A stretch of 64,000 nucleotides of DNA from Nitrospirota bacterium (GCA_037444505.1 JBBIMH010000017.1:1516-65515), one strand, 5' to 3'; numbered from the stretch's first letter, positions 52,377 through 62,189 are shown. Program-made: numbers and translations. Notes: a model not told the origin generated them from the letters alone.

Positions 52377-53777
52377 TTAAACGCTTCTTCTTTGGTCAAC
52401 GACGAATACGCTCTTGGGGATCGTCTTTGCATAGTCCTTGAGCTCTGTTGCTATCTCGGAAGCCTCGAGGGGATCCTTCAATTTGCGCCTCTCGTTGGTG
52501 ACGATGGCGATGGATATCGTCATCAAGGGGAAATTCATGGGTACGCCCTGCCTCGTCTTTCCCCGTATATAGCCCCGCTGTCTGTCCTCGGGGGAGTAGA
52601 ACTGCGGTATGCGCTCGTCGAACTTCGCTATGATTTCATTGCATACGTCGCGCATTCTGTCCGGTGTGGTGATGATGACGAAGTCGTCTCCGCCCACATG
52701 ACCGATGAAGTCGTCAGGCCCTCCCTTCGCCTTAACCGCTTCCTCGATGATTCTGGCGGTCTCCTTTATCACCTCGCTTCCGTGCGCATATCCGTATCTG
52801 TCGTTAAACGCCTTGAAATTGTCGAGGTCGACTACGCAGAACGCCATTAACTGGTCCGCTGCAAGCCTCTTCTTAAGGACATTTTCGATTGCTATTCCGC
52901 CGGGCAGTCTGGTGAGCGGGCTTGCATCGAGGTACATCTCCTCGAGCTGCTTGAGACGCCTGCCCATGGCGAGGAATGCATGCGCGAGACCGCCTATTTC
53001 GTCGCTGGCTCTTATCTCAGGGTCGTAGTCGAATTTCCCTTCTGCGATGCGCTCTGTGGCGACCTTGAGCTTGTGAATGGACGACGCGATATGATGTGTG
53101 ATGACAAGACCCGCAACCGCACCCACGACGATGCTGACGACGAAGAGCATGACCGTTGTCATGAATGCACGCGGGCCGATGCTTCCAATGAGCTGCATCT
53201 TTTTTTCCTGTGATTTCTTCGCATTTAACGCCATAGTCCTTATTCTGTCAGTGAGGTGGTCCATGATCTTTTTGAGCGCTCCATTGGATATCTCTCTAGC
53301 CTGGTCCGAGTTTCCCTCCTGCACGAGCCTCACCTCGCGGGCGAAGGTCTCCATGTATTTCTTGTGAAGCCCCTCTATCTCATCGAGAGGGAGGTCTGAT
53401 GTCTCCGGAAGTTTTTTGAGCGATTCGATCCACGAACGGAATTCATCTCCTCTCTTCCTGAACAGTGCGCGCATGTCCTTGCTATTAAGTATCAAATATC
53501 TCTTCTCATAGGTGTCCTGGGCGAGGATTGCATCGAGCATCTTGTCGGAGGCCTCCCGGACTGTGATGTCTATCGTGATGATGTCTTCATTCAGCCTGTT
53601 CAGCCTCTGGAGGTTTACGAGCGCATGTACAACGACCATTATCGTGAGCACGACGAGTACTGCATACCCGAGCAGCATCTTTTTTGCGATGGTGAGGCGT
53701 GAGAAAAGGGCGTGAGGAACCAGCTTTTTGAGCAGCGGCGACGGCTTGAAATCGTTTTTCGCAATGCTATGGCTCAT
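52377..53777 (-). CDS. Membrane sensor with HAMP and a non-canonical GGDEF domain (GGDDF)
   Basis: Two TM helices flank a ~150-aa periplasmic/helical sensor region, followed by HAMP (AEGKFDYDPEIRASDEIGGLAHAFLAM) and a GGDEF-fold domain with DLDNFKAFNDRYGYAHGSEV and GHVGGDDFVII. Confidence 0.88.
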   Translation of the reverse strand: MSHSIAKNDFKPSPLLKKLVPHALFSRLTIAKKMLLGYAVLVVLTIMVVVHALVNLQRLNRLNEDIITIDITVREASDKMLDAILAQDTYEKRYLILNSKDMRALFRKRGDEFRSWIESLKKLPETSDLPLDEIEGLHKKYMETFAREVRLVQEGNSDQAREISNGALKKIMDHLTDRIRTMALNAKKSQEKKMQLIGSIGPRAFMTTVMLFVVSIVVGAVAGLVITHHIASSIHKLKVATERIAEGKFDYDPEIRASDEIGGLAHAFLAMGRRLKQLEEMYLDASPLTRLPGGIAIENVLKKRLAADQLMAFCVVDLDNFKAFNDRYGYAHGSEVIKETARIIEEAVKAKGGPDDFIGHVGGDDFVIITTPDRMRDVCNEIIAKFDERIPQFYSPEDRQRGYIRGKTRQGVPMNFPLMTISIAIVTNERRKLKDPLEASEIATELKDYAKTIPKSVFVVDQRRSV

Positions 53778-53783
53778 AGGAGA

Positions 53784-53812
53784 AGGTTATCAAATTAGCG
53801 CGGCATTGTCAA
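53784..53812 (-). promoter_or_regulatory. Sigma-70 promoter candidate, leaderless geometry
   Basis: On the minus strand: TTGACA (53807-53812), 17-nt spacer, TAACCT (53784-53789), then 6 nt to ATG 53777 with no SD. Confidence 0.45.
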
Positions 53813-53814
53813 TG

Positions 53815-55821
53815 CTACTCTGGGGATTCATCCTTGATCTCCGGCGCATATGGAGGTGCGCCCTCCTCTTCGCAATATCTGCGCGGCTCAGTGCCGGGGA
53901 TGTACGCCTCTCGGATACTCCGGCTGCAGTTCTCGGTCGCCAAGAGGCCTGTCCTGGGGTCTATTTGCTTGAATATAATGCCCTCCGGCGGCGAGAAATC
54001 CTCCGGCTCCGTGTCCTTTAGAGCCTTTTTCATGAACTCGAGCCATATGGGAAGGGCTGCGCGCGCACCTGTCTCGCGCGGCCCGATGCTCCTGTTGTCG
54101 TCATATCCCACCCATACGCCTGCTACGAGAGAGGGGACGTAACCGATAAACCAGGCGTCCCTGTAATCATTCGTGGTGCCCGTCTTTCCGGCCACAGGCC
54201 TTCCGAGCTCTCTCGCCTTCCAGCCTGTGCCGCGCTCTACGACTCCTTTCAGCAGGTATGTGATAAGGAAAGCGGTCTCCTGGCTCGTTACTATCTGTGG
54301 AGTCGAGGCATTCGTATATAGAATGCGTCCGCTGCTATCCGTGATCGTGAGTATGGCGGCAGGGTCTATCCTCGAGCCTTGATTTGCGAAGACCGCATAG
54401 GCAGACGTGATCTCGAGCAGTGTCAAGTCGGCAGTGCCGAGGGCGAGGGGTAGATATGGTTGCAGACGGCTTCTGATGCCGAGCCTTTCGGCGTATTCTA
54501 CGGCTTTATCAACGCCCACTTTTTCGAGCAGCCGAACCGTCGGCACATTCAGAGACTGCTCAAGAGCCCTTCTGAGCGTCACCTTTTCCTGATATGTATT
54601 GGTGAAGTTCCGCGGCGTCCATGTGTTATTACGGTCTATTTTGAATGTCACAGGCGAGTCGTCTAACATGTCAGATGGGCCGATCCCGCGCTCTATTGCA
54701 GCCGCGAATATAATGGGCTTGAAGGCCGAGCCCGGCTGGCGGTATGCCTGCCATGCGCGGTTGAATTGGCTCAGGCTGAAGTCCCTTCCCCCTACCATCG
54801 CCCTGATATGTCCGGTGCCGGGCTCTATCGCAACCAGTGCGGCCTGTAGGGGGGGGAGGTCCTTGAGCTTCTTTCCGCGCCGCGCCTCTATCTTGGAAAG
54901 CCCGGCTCTTACAGCGGCCTCTGCATATGACTGGAGCTCTTCGTTTATGCTTGTGTAGATGTTTATCCCTCCGGCATAGAGTATGCCGGATCCGAACTTC
55001 TCCTCCACCTTCTGGCGTATATACTCCACGAAGTACGGCGCGGCTTCACGTGCTACGACATCCGGCTCAGAGGGCAGGGGCTCCTTCTTCGCCTCCTCCG
55101 CCTCTTGTCGGCTGATCATGTTCAGCGCGACCATCCTGTTCAAGACATATGCACGCCTGCCCAGCGCGTTCTCGGGCTCTTTGAAGGGTGAGTATCTCTT
55201 CGGAGAGCGGGGCAGACCTGCGAGTAGCGCGCATTCTCCGAGGGTAAGCTCCTTTGCCGCCTTTCTGAAGTACGTCCTTGCAGCGGACTCTATGCCGTAG
55301 GCACCGCTCCCGAAGTATATCTGGTTGAGATAGAGCGAGAGTATTTCCTTCTTCGTGTATCGCTGCTCTATTCTTAGGGCGAGGGCCATTTCCTTCAGTT
55401 TTCTGTGTATGCTCCTCTCCGGCGTGAGGAAGAGGACTTTAGAAAGCTGCTGTGTCAGGGTGCTGCCTCCCTCCACCACCCTGCCGGCCCTGATGTTTCT
55501 GTACAATGCCCGGGCGATGCCCCGGATGTCCAAGCCTTTGTGTTGATAGAACCTTGCGTCTTCCGTCGCGATGAGAGCTTGAATAAACCTCTCCGGAACA
55601 TCCTCGAGCCTTACAGGGGTGCGGTTCTCCACATAGAACTCCGCAAGGAGCCTGCCTGAATCGGAATAGACCCGAGAGGTGACGCTGGGCCTGTATTCTT
55701 CCAGCGCCTGTACCTCGGGCAGATCCCAGACCGAAAAAAGAAAGAAACCGACTGACCCTCCTGTGAGAACCGCGGTGAGGACCAAAAACAGATAGAGCAG
55801 GATGCCTTTTTCTCTGAACAT
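53815..55821 (-). CDS. mrcA: Class A penicillin-binding protein 1A (glycosyltransferase + transpeptidase)
   Basis: GT51 motifs (EDARFYQHKG, GGSTLTQQL, RKLKE) and transpeptidase motifs (SAFKP, SLN, KTGTT). Confidence 0.95.
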   Translation of the reverse strand: MFREKGILLYLFLVLTAVLTGGSVGFFLFSVWDLPEVQALEEYRPSVTSRVYSDSGRLLAEFYVENRTPVRLEDVPERFIQALIATEDARFYQHKGLDIRGIARALYRNIRAGRVVEGGSTLTQQLSKVLFLTPERSIHRKLKEMALALRIEQRYTKKEILSLYLNQIYFGSGAYGIESAARTYFRKAAKELTLGECALLAGLPRSPKRYSPFKEPENALGRRAYVLNRMVALNMISRQEAEEAKKEPLPSEPDVVAREAAPYFVEYIRQKVEEKFGSGILYAGGINIYTSINEELQSYAEAAVRAGLSKIEARRGKKLKDLPPLQAALVAIEPGTGHIRAMVGGRDFSLSQFNRAWQAYRQPGSAFKPIIFAAAIERGIGPSDMLDDSPVTFKIDRNNTWTPRNFTNTYQEKVTLRRALEQSLNVPTVRLLEKVGVDKAVEYAERLGIRSRLQPYLPLALGTADLTLLEITSAYAVFANQGSRIDPAAILTITDSSGRILYTNASTPQIVTSQETAFLITYLLKGVVERGTGWKARELGRPVAGKTGTTNDYRDAWFIGYVPSLVAGVWVGYDDNRSIGPRETGARAALPIWLEFMKKALKDTEPEDFSPPEGIIFKQIDPRTGLLATENCSRSIREAYIPGTEPRRYCEEEGAPPYAPEIKDESPE

Positions 55822-55829
55822 TATCTGAT

Positions 55830-55858
55830 ATTATAAACCCGTGAGTTGCGGAAGTAAA
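55830..55858 (-). promoter_or_regulatory. Sigma-70 promoter candidate, leaderless geometry
   Basis: On the minus strand: TTTACT (55853-55858), 17-nt spacer, TATAAT (55830-55835), then 8 nt to ATG 55821 with no SD. Confidence 0.4.
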
Positions 55859-55973
55859 CCCTCTGTCTCGTTCCTTGCTGTCGTTTGCGCCTCATATCTG
55901 TTTGCGTCTGTTGAGCAGGCCTTATCTCTGCCTCTTCAGGGGCTGCCGCCTTCCGGTATTTTTCGGCGTCCTG

Positions 55974-58661
55974 CTAAAAATCAAAGCCGACCGAAAAATA
56001 GACCTGGAATCTGCCGGACTCGGCAAGGCCCAAGTCGAGCCTCACCGGGCCTATGAGCGTGTCTGCATGGACGCCGATGCCGCCGCCTTTCTTCAGGTCT
56101 TTGGCGGACATCTCGTCTCTGGCATTCCAGACATTGGCGGCTTGGGCAGTTAACTGTAGATAGACTGCTCTCAAGAACTTTAGCTGATATTCGGCGGCCT
56201 TCCATCTATACGCAGCCGTGAAGGCGAGCATGTTGGAGCCCAGGAATTCGCGACGTTTGTAGCCCAAGAGGGGATAAGAAATCAGATAGTCAACTCCTCC
56301 CAGACCGAATTTTTCAAAGAAAGGGATTGCGCCGCTACCGAGTCCTCCTGCGGCTTCGATGACCGCTGTGTGGCGGGCTGCAAGCGGTATATTCGCCTGC
56401 CCCATGAGCTCCGTCTTTCTATAGTTTATATCGCTTCCATAACCCTCCGCCGCTGTTTCGTACGAGCCCTTGAACAGAAAACCTTTGTGTGCGAACGGAT
56501 GGCTGTCGAGGGTGTCTATCGTGGAGAGGACGGCCCAACTGCCTATATGTCGGTCTTCTTTTGGAAGACCTCCGAAGACAGTGGTTGTTCGGTCCGATTC
56601 ATACCTGTATCTGATATATGTATCCCCGAACCGCAACCACTGGAGTCCTAAAGAGACATGAAGGCCTATGCGTGCGACCTCCGCTTCCGCAGTCTTTTCT
56701 TCGTCTTCGTAGATAAAGTAATTTCTTCTGTTGTAGAAACCTTCAATGCTGTGGACAAGGGGTGAGCGGAGAAATACAGGCGAGTGATAGCCCAGGGCGA
56801 TGTCGGTATAATTTCCATATCGGGTGTTCAGGTATAGTTTTATTCCGCGGCCTGTGATATTGTCTATTACTATATCCGTAAGCCCTGTGAATGAGTCCTC
56901 GAGGTCGAATCTCATGCCGAGCCTGACCGTGCCTTTCGGCTTCTCCTTAATGTTGATGGTGAGCAAGACACCGTTATCTCTACTCTCCGACAGCCCCACG
57001 TTCAACGATTCGAAGTATCCTAGCGCGTACAGGCGCTGTATGTCTGCGCTCAGGGTATTTATGTTCAGCGGTTGACCGATTGCGGTTTCTATCTCGCGCC
57101 TGATCAGAGAAAGCCTGGTCTTCTTTTGGCCCCTGATGCCTATGGCCTCCACCCTGCCCTCGAACAAGGATATATGCAAGAGGCCGTCTTTGATCTCAGC
57201 CCTGTCTACGTGGACGAGGGGGTAACCCTTCCTCCGCCACTTTTCTACGAGCCTTCCGAGTCCTTCGATCAGCCTTGCGGCATTCAACGGCCTGCCTGTT
57301 TGCTGCCCGATTTCCGTCAAGATGTCTGAAGAGGGAATGAGGTCATTGCCAGTGATTTCGATTCCAGTGAGCACAGGGTTTTCCGTTACCCTCAGGATCC
57401 CAGTGTGTCTGTTGACCGGCCCCTCGAGTTCGAGGGAAATATCCCAAAAAAAACCGAGTCTGAACAGCTCGGCAAGACCGCGTTCGATCTCTCCAGCCGA
57501 GACCTCTCGGCCTGTTATGGATGCATCGATTATCCGCCTGATGAATTCTTCCGGCACGACCTTGTTCCCGGCTATCACAATATCCTCGATCATGTATCTC
57601 TCTTTGTCGGTCTTTCCGGCCTTTCGTCCGACCATCTCCTTTATCTTCCGGACTGCGGCCTCTGCCGCCTTTTCTCCTATGAGTATTATCTCTTTTATCT
57701 GCGGAAAGTCGGCGAAGGAATATGCGGATGTATCCGGGGAAATGACTATGTCCGCCATTGCTGCCTGGCGCAGGGTCTCTTTCTGAGTATTTAGCGTTAC
57801 CGACTGATCCATGACGTCGAAGAGCGTCTTGAGCCTGTCTCTTTTGAAAGGTCTGGCCGAGGGATCTATGGCAATGACTATTTCAGCGCCCATATCCCTT
57901 GCTACATCGACAGGGAGGTTCTTGGTCATCCCTCCGTCCACATAGAGCCTGTTATGTATCTCCACCGGCTGGAAGATGAAAGGGATGGCAGCGCTCGCCC
58001 GCATTGCATCCTGGAGTAGCCCTTTACCGATGGCCTCAGGCTCGCCTGTTTCGAGATTCGTTGCTATCGCCCTAAAAGGTATAGGCAGCCTGTCGAAGTC
58101 CTGGCGCGCCTCGAACGAGGCCGCAAGGGTCTTTATCTGGAGCAGATTTGCAAGTTTCTGGCCGGCAGAGAGGCCGGTAGGGGGGGTGAACCTGCCGCCT
58201 CTGATGTTGAACTCGAGCAGATGCCTGCCTGCGGACTGTTTCTGCTCTTGCGTTTGGAATGCGCGGCCGGGCGAATCGCGGAACATGTCGTTCCAGTCAT
58301 TCGAAATGAGTATCTGCTCGATCTCATCCGGCGAATATCCTGCTGCATATAGACCGCCGATGAGAGCGCCCATGCTTGTGCCTGTTATGACGGACGGCGT
58401 CACGCCCTCCCTATGCAGGACCTTGAGCACCCCGACGGATGCAGCGGCCCTTGCGCCTCCTCCTGCGAGGGCGATGCCTATCTTGGGCATACCCTTTTGC
58501 TCGACCGGTAGAATCGTTCTCAGCCCGCTGTAGACGGTCGTATAATCGAGTGTGAAGCGGATGGGTCTTTTGCGGGCGGTCTGCTCTGCAAAAAGGCCCG
58601 GCTCACCTGGTGCGAGCAGGGATATGGCAAGCGCTGTCATCAAGACAAATCGGGTCTTCAT
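55974..58661 (-). CDS. Patatin-POTRA-Omp85 barrel protein (PlpD-like, type Vd secretion architecture)
   Basis: Signal peptide, patatin motifs (GGGARAAA, GTSMGA, DGG), POTRA-like middle segments and a C-terminal surface-antigen (D15/BamA-type) beta-barrel ending in ...VYFSVGFDF. Confidence 0.88.
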   Translation of the reverse strand: MKTRFVLMTALAISLLAPGEPGLFAEQTARKRPIRFTLDYTTVYSGLRTILPVEQKGMPKIGIALAGGGARAAASVGVLKVLHREGVTPSVITGTSMGALIGGLYAAGYSPDEIEQILISNDWNDMFRDSPGRAFQTQEQKQSAGRHLLEFNIRGGRFTPPTGLSAGQKLANLLQIKTLAASFEARQDFDRLPIPFRAIATNLETGEPEAIGKGLLQDAMRASAAIPFIFQPVEIHNRLYVDGGMTKNLPVDVARDMGAEIVIAIDPSARPFKRDRLKTLFDVMDQSVTLNTQKETLRQAAMADIVISPDTSAYSFADFPQIKEIILIGEKAAEAAVRKIKEMVGRKAGKTDKERYMIEDIVIAGNKVVPEEFIRRIIDASITGREVSAGEIERGLAELFRLGFFWDISLELEGPVNRHTGILRVTENPVLTGIEITGNDLIPSSDILTEIGQQTGRPLNAARLIEGLGRLVEKWRRKGYPLVHVDRAEIKDGLLHISLFEGRVEAIGIRGQKKTRLSLIRREIETAIGQPLNINTLSADIQRLYALGYFESLNVGLSESRDNGVLLTINIKEKPKGTVRLGMRFDLEDSFTGLTDIVIDNITGRGIKLYLNTRYGNYTDIALGYHSPVFLRSPLVHSIEGFYNRRNYFIYEDEEKTAEAEVARIGLHVSLGLQWLRFGDTYIRYRYESDRTTTVFGGLPKEDRHIGSWAVLSTIDTLDSHPFAHKGFLFKGSYETAAEGYGSDINYRKTELMGQANIPLAARHTAVIEAAGGLGSGAIPFFEKFGLGGVDYLISYPLLGYKRREFLGSNMLAFTAAYRWKAAEYQLKFLRAVYLQLTAQAANVWNARDEMSAKDLKKGGGIGVHADTLIGPVRLDLGLAESGRFQVYFSVGFDF

Positions 58662-58671
58662 ACTGGAAATG

Positions 58672-58680
58672 AGTATATCA
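58672..58680 (-). promoter_or_regulatory. Extended -10 promoter candidate
   Basis: On the minus strand: TGaTATACT, then 10 nt to ATG 58661 with no SD. Confidence 0.35.
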
Positions 58681-58818
58681 TATCGGCCTGCGGCATATGA
58701 TTTCAGATTCTATTCTTTTTGACATCAGTGGGATTTTAGGTTAATCTTACCAAGGGTCGATAAGAAGTCATTAGACGATTAGCAAAGGATAGTCAGCCCT
58801 TTTCGAGATTAAGCAGCT

Positions 58819-59517
58819 ATGGCCATATTGGGTATAGAGACATCTACAAAGACCGGCAGTGTGGCGATCATAAGCCGAGATAGGCTTATCTGCCAATATA
58901 CGCTCTCCATAGACATAACCCATTCCGAGAGGCTCATGGCCACGGTGGATCGTGTGCTGAAGGATGCGAGGATGTCGCTCAAGGACATAGAGGGGTTTGC
59001 CATATCCATCGGCCCCGGTTCTTTTACAGGACTGCGCGTCGGTATCGCTACTGTCAAGGGCCTGGCCTTCGCGACCGACCTGCCTGTCGCTGCGGTGCCT
59101 ACGCTCAAGGCCCTCGCGTGGAACTTGTATTATTCTTCGTATCCAATCTGTCCGTTGCAGGACGCAAAGAAAAAAGAGGTGTATGCAGCTCTCTACAGGT
59201 TCGAAGGCACCACCCTCGTTCAGACAATGGATGAAAGGGCAATCTCCATAGTCGAGCTGTCCAGGATGATGACAGGGCCTGTTGTATTCACCGGTGAGGC
59301 GTCTGTAGTATTTCGTCCGGAAATAGAAAGCGTCTTCGGCACGAGGGCGAATTTTGCACCCATCAGCCACTGCCTGCCTTCTGCCGCGAGTGTGGCCGAT
59401 ATCGGGCTCAATATGATCTCCGAGGGACGGACGACATCCCCTGATGATCTCGTGCCTATGTATGTCCGAAGGCCGGAGGCAGAAGTAGTATGGGAGAAGA
59501 GGCAGAGTTCGTCATAG
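58819..59517 (+). CDS. tsaB: tRNA t6A biosynthesis protein TsaB (YeaZ)
   Basis: MAILGIETSTKTGSVAI..., GPGSFTGLRVG, and tsaB-rimI synteny. Confidence 0.9.
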   Translation: MAILGIETSTKTGSVAIISRDRLICQYTLSIDITHSERLMATVDRVLKDARMSLKDIEGFAISIGPGSFTGLRVGIATVKGLAFATDLPVAAVPTLKALAWNLYYSSYPICPLQDAKKKEVYAALYRFEGTTLVQTMDERAISIVELSRMMTGPVVFTGEASVVFRPEIESVFGTRANFAPISHCLPSAASVADIGLNMISEGRTTSPDDLVPMYVRRPEAEVVWEKRQSSS

Positions 59518-60002
59518 ACAGGCTGAGGCCCGAAGACCTCGAACAAGTGCTGGCGATAGAGCAGGCGTCATTCAGTCAGCCCTGGACGAGGAAGATGTTC
59601 GAGAACGAGCCCAAGCGTTCGGTGGTCTCCACATCGCTTGCTGCATATGCGAAGGCAGGGCAGGAGGGTAAAGGCCGCACAGTCGTCGGCTATATAGTTT
59701 TCTGGGTGGTTGCAGACGAGATGCATATATTGAACCTCGCCGTAGCGCCGAGCCATAGAAGAAAGGGCATCGGAACGAAGCTGGTGCATGCCGCCCTGAG
59801 GCAGGCATACCGCCTCGGTGCCCGGCGCGCCTTTCTCGAGGTCAGGGCATCCAATGAGGCGGCCCGGATGTTGTACGCCTCTCTCGGCTTCGCGGGGATA
59901 GGGCTCAGGCGGGGATACTACAGCATGCCTCCGGAAGATGCTGTAGTCATGTCGCTCAGCGGAGAGGCGTTCGGCGCCGTTGTGAAACGCACACCTGCCT
60001 GA
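59490..60002 (+). CDS. rimI: Ribosomal-protein-alanine N-acetyltransferase
   Basis: GNAT motif (LAVAPSHRRKGIGTKLV) within a RimI-like sequence. It overlaps the tsaB 3' end by 28 nt. Confidence 0.88.
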   Translation: MGEEAEFVIDRLRPEDLEQVLAIEQASFSQPWTRKMFENEPKRSVVSTSLAAYAKAGQEGKGRTVVGYIVFWVVADEMHILNLAVAPSHRRKGIGTKLVHAALRQAYRLGARRAFLEVRASNEAARMLYASLGFAGIGLRRGYYSMPPEDAVVMSLSGEAFGAVVKRTPA

Positions 60003-60104
60003 AACTATGCACTTGCCTTTTTCGGGGCAGTATGCTACAGTTATCTCAGCATTCATAATGGTCCTGTCCGGACGAATCCGGTTAATATTAAGGAGGGCTG
60101 CAAT

Positions 60105-60344
60105 ATGAATGTCCAGGATGTACGTGAAGAAGCGGTTTTGGAGCGGCTCAGGGTGGAGAATCCGGAGTTCAGGAAGTGGGAGGAAGAGCACAGCGAGCTG
60201 GAGAACAGGTTGAGAAGCATGGATTCCCACGTATATCTCACCCCTGAGGAAGAGATCGAGCGGAAGAGGCTTCAAAAGCTCAAACTGCTTGCAAAGGACC
60301 GTATGATGGAGATACTCAGGCGCCACAGAGCAGGAAACGCCTGA
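60105..60344 (+). CDS. DUF465 (YdcH-like) small coiled-coil protein
   Basis: 79 aa with LRVENPEFRKWEEEHSELENRL...LTPEEEIERKRLQKLKLLAKDRMMEIL, matching the DUF465 pattern. Confidence 0.75.
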   Translation: MNVQDVREEAVLERLRVENPEFRKWEEEHSELENRLRSMDSHVYLTPEEEIERKRLQKLKLLAKDRMMEILRRHRAGNA

Positions 60345-60407
60345 GACTTTGAGCGGCGAGGAAAACACCTCGCCTTTCGCGTTTATATGGGATGAAAATC
60401 GGTGGAA

Positions 60408-60444
60408 CCCCCTCTGTGTTGGGTGGCAGAGGGGGCTTTTTTTT
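60408..60444 (+). terminator. Rho-independent terminator
   Basis: Stem CCCCCTCTG / CAGAGGGGG with a 10-nt loop, followed by a run of eight T. Confidence 0.8.
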
Positions 60445-60515
60445 ATTGACTCTATCTGTTTATCTATGTTAAAAATAATGAAATTTTAAGCCGTCATCTG
60501 ATGATCGGAGCTATT

Positions 60516-62165
60516 ATGAACAGCGACAGGATCAAGAAGGGCGTCGAACGCGCGCCGCACAGGGCGCTGCTTCATGCCACAGGCATCCCCAGGGCAGGAC
60601 TCGGCATGCCCATGATAGGCGTTGCTACGAGCTTTACGGATCTGATTCCGGGCCATATCAGCATGCGCGACCTGGAGAGGTTTATCGAGAAGGGTGTCCA
60701 TGCGGCCGGCGGATGGCCGCTCTTCTTCGGCCTGCCCGGTATATGTGACGGCATTGCAATGGGACACAAAGGCATGCACTATTCTCTTCCGTCAAGGGAG
60801 CTTATTGCGGATATCGTCGAGTCCATAGCGACGGCCCATGCCTTCGACGGCCTTGTGCTGCTCACGAATTGCGACAAGATCACACCCGGCATGCTCATGG
60901 CGGCGGCCAGGCTTGATATCCCGTCTATCGTCGTGACCGCAGGGCCGATGTACGCCGGACGTTTTCGCGGGGCCAGAGTTAATCTCATCAGCGCGTTCGA
61001 GGCCGTGGGGAAGGTGAAAAAGGGTGAGATGTCCGAGGACGACCTTTCTATGCTCGAAGAGTGCGCGTGTCCGGGTCCGGGCTCTTGCCAGGGCATGTTC
61101 ACAGCCAATACCATGGCCTGCGTCACAGAGGCGCTGGGCATGAGCCTTCCGGGCACTGCAACATCCCTTGCCGTATCTTCTGAGAAGCGGAGGCTTGCAT
61201 TCGAGGCGGGCAGGAGGGCGGTGGAGCTCGTGAAAGAGGGCCTCACCCCGCGCAAGATAATGACCAAAGCCGCATTCGAGAATGCAATCATGATCGACAT
61301 GGCGCTCGGCGGCTCAACGAATACAGCGCTCCACATACCGGCTGTGGCGCACGAGGCAGGGGTGGACATTTCTCTCGATACATTCGACGCGATCAGCCGG
61401 AGGACGCCGCATTTGTGCAACATGCTCCCAGGCGGACCGCACTATCTGGAGGACCTCGATGCAGCAGGAGGAATTCCCGGTGTGATGCGCCGTCTGGTCT
61501 CCAACCTCCATGATTCGCATAGTGTGAGCGGCAGGTCTATTCTGGATATTGCAAGGGCTGCGGACGTCATCGACGAAGACGTAATCAGACCGATAGACAG
61601 ACCGTACCATGCCGAAGGCGGGATAGCGGTCCTCAGAGGAAACCTTGCACCGGACGGCTCTGTCGTCAAGCAGACCGCTGTCGGAGAGAAGATGATGCGC
61701 TTCGAGGGAGAGGCGGTGGTATTCGATTCGGAAGAGGACGCGATGAAGGCTATCATGGCGGGAAGGATAAGACCCGGTCATGTGGTCGTCATACGTTATG
61801 AAGGCCCTAAAGGCGGGCCCGGCATGAGAGAGATGCTCTCGCCCACCTCCGCCATATCAGGCATGGGGCTGGGAGATTCCGTGGCGCTTTTGACCGACGG
61901 CAGGTTCTCCGGCGGAACGCGCGGTCCATGCATAGGCCATATCTCGCCCGAAGCTGCGGAGGGAGGGGCGATCGCGGTGGTGCAGGACGGAGACAGGATA
62001 CTTCTCGATATACCGAATAGAAAGCTCGAGCTCAGGCTTTCGGATGCCGAGATAAAGAAACGGCTTTCTTCATGGAGGCCCAAGGAGCCGAAGATAAAGT
62101 CCGGCTGGCTCGGAAGATATACCAAGGCAGTGACATCAGCGAACACAGGCGCTGTGTTGAAATAA
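60516..62165 (+). CDS. ilvD: Dihydroxy-acid dehydratase
   Basis: IlvD/Edd family sequence throughout ([31 protein letters not shown]). GGAG RBS before ATG 60516. Confidence 0.96.
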   Translation: MNSDRIKKGVERAPHRALLHATGIPRAGLGMPMIGVATSFTDLIPGHISMRDLERFIEKGVHAAGGWPLFFGLPGICDGIAMGHKGMHYSLPSRELIADIVESIATAHAFDGLVLLTNCDKITPGMLMAAARLDIPSIVVTAGPMYAGRFRGARVNLISAFEAVGKVKKGEMSEDDLSMLEECACPGPGSCQGMFTANTMACVTEALGMSLPGTATSLAVSSEKRRLAFEAGRRAVELVKEGLTPRKIMTKAAFENAIMIDMALGGSTNTALHIPAVAHEAGVDISLDTFDAISRRTPHLCNMLPGGPHYLEDLDAAGGIPGVMRRLVSNLHDSHSVSGRSILDIARAADVIDEDVIRPIDRPYHAEGGIAVLRGNLAPDGSVVKQTAVGEKMMRFEGEAVVFDSEEDAMKAIMAGRIRPGHVVVIRYEGPKGGPGMREMLSPTSAISGMGLGDSVALLTDGRFSGGTRGPCIGHISPEAAEGGAIAVVQDGDRILLDIPNRKLELRLSDAEIKKRLSSWRPKEPKIKSGWLGRYTKAVTSANTGAVLK

Positions 62166-62189
62166 ATCAACTCTAATACGGATGCGATT

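Noticed and set aside
59568-60368. 266-aa ORF antisense to rimI and the DUF465 gene
   Set aside because: It spans two sense genes and their intergenic region and has low-complexity, Pro/Arg-rich sequence. It is a shadow ORF.
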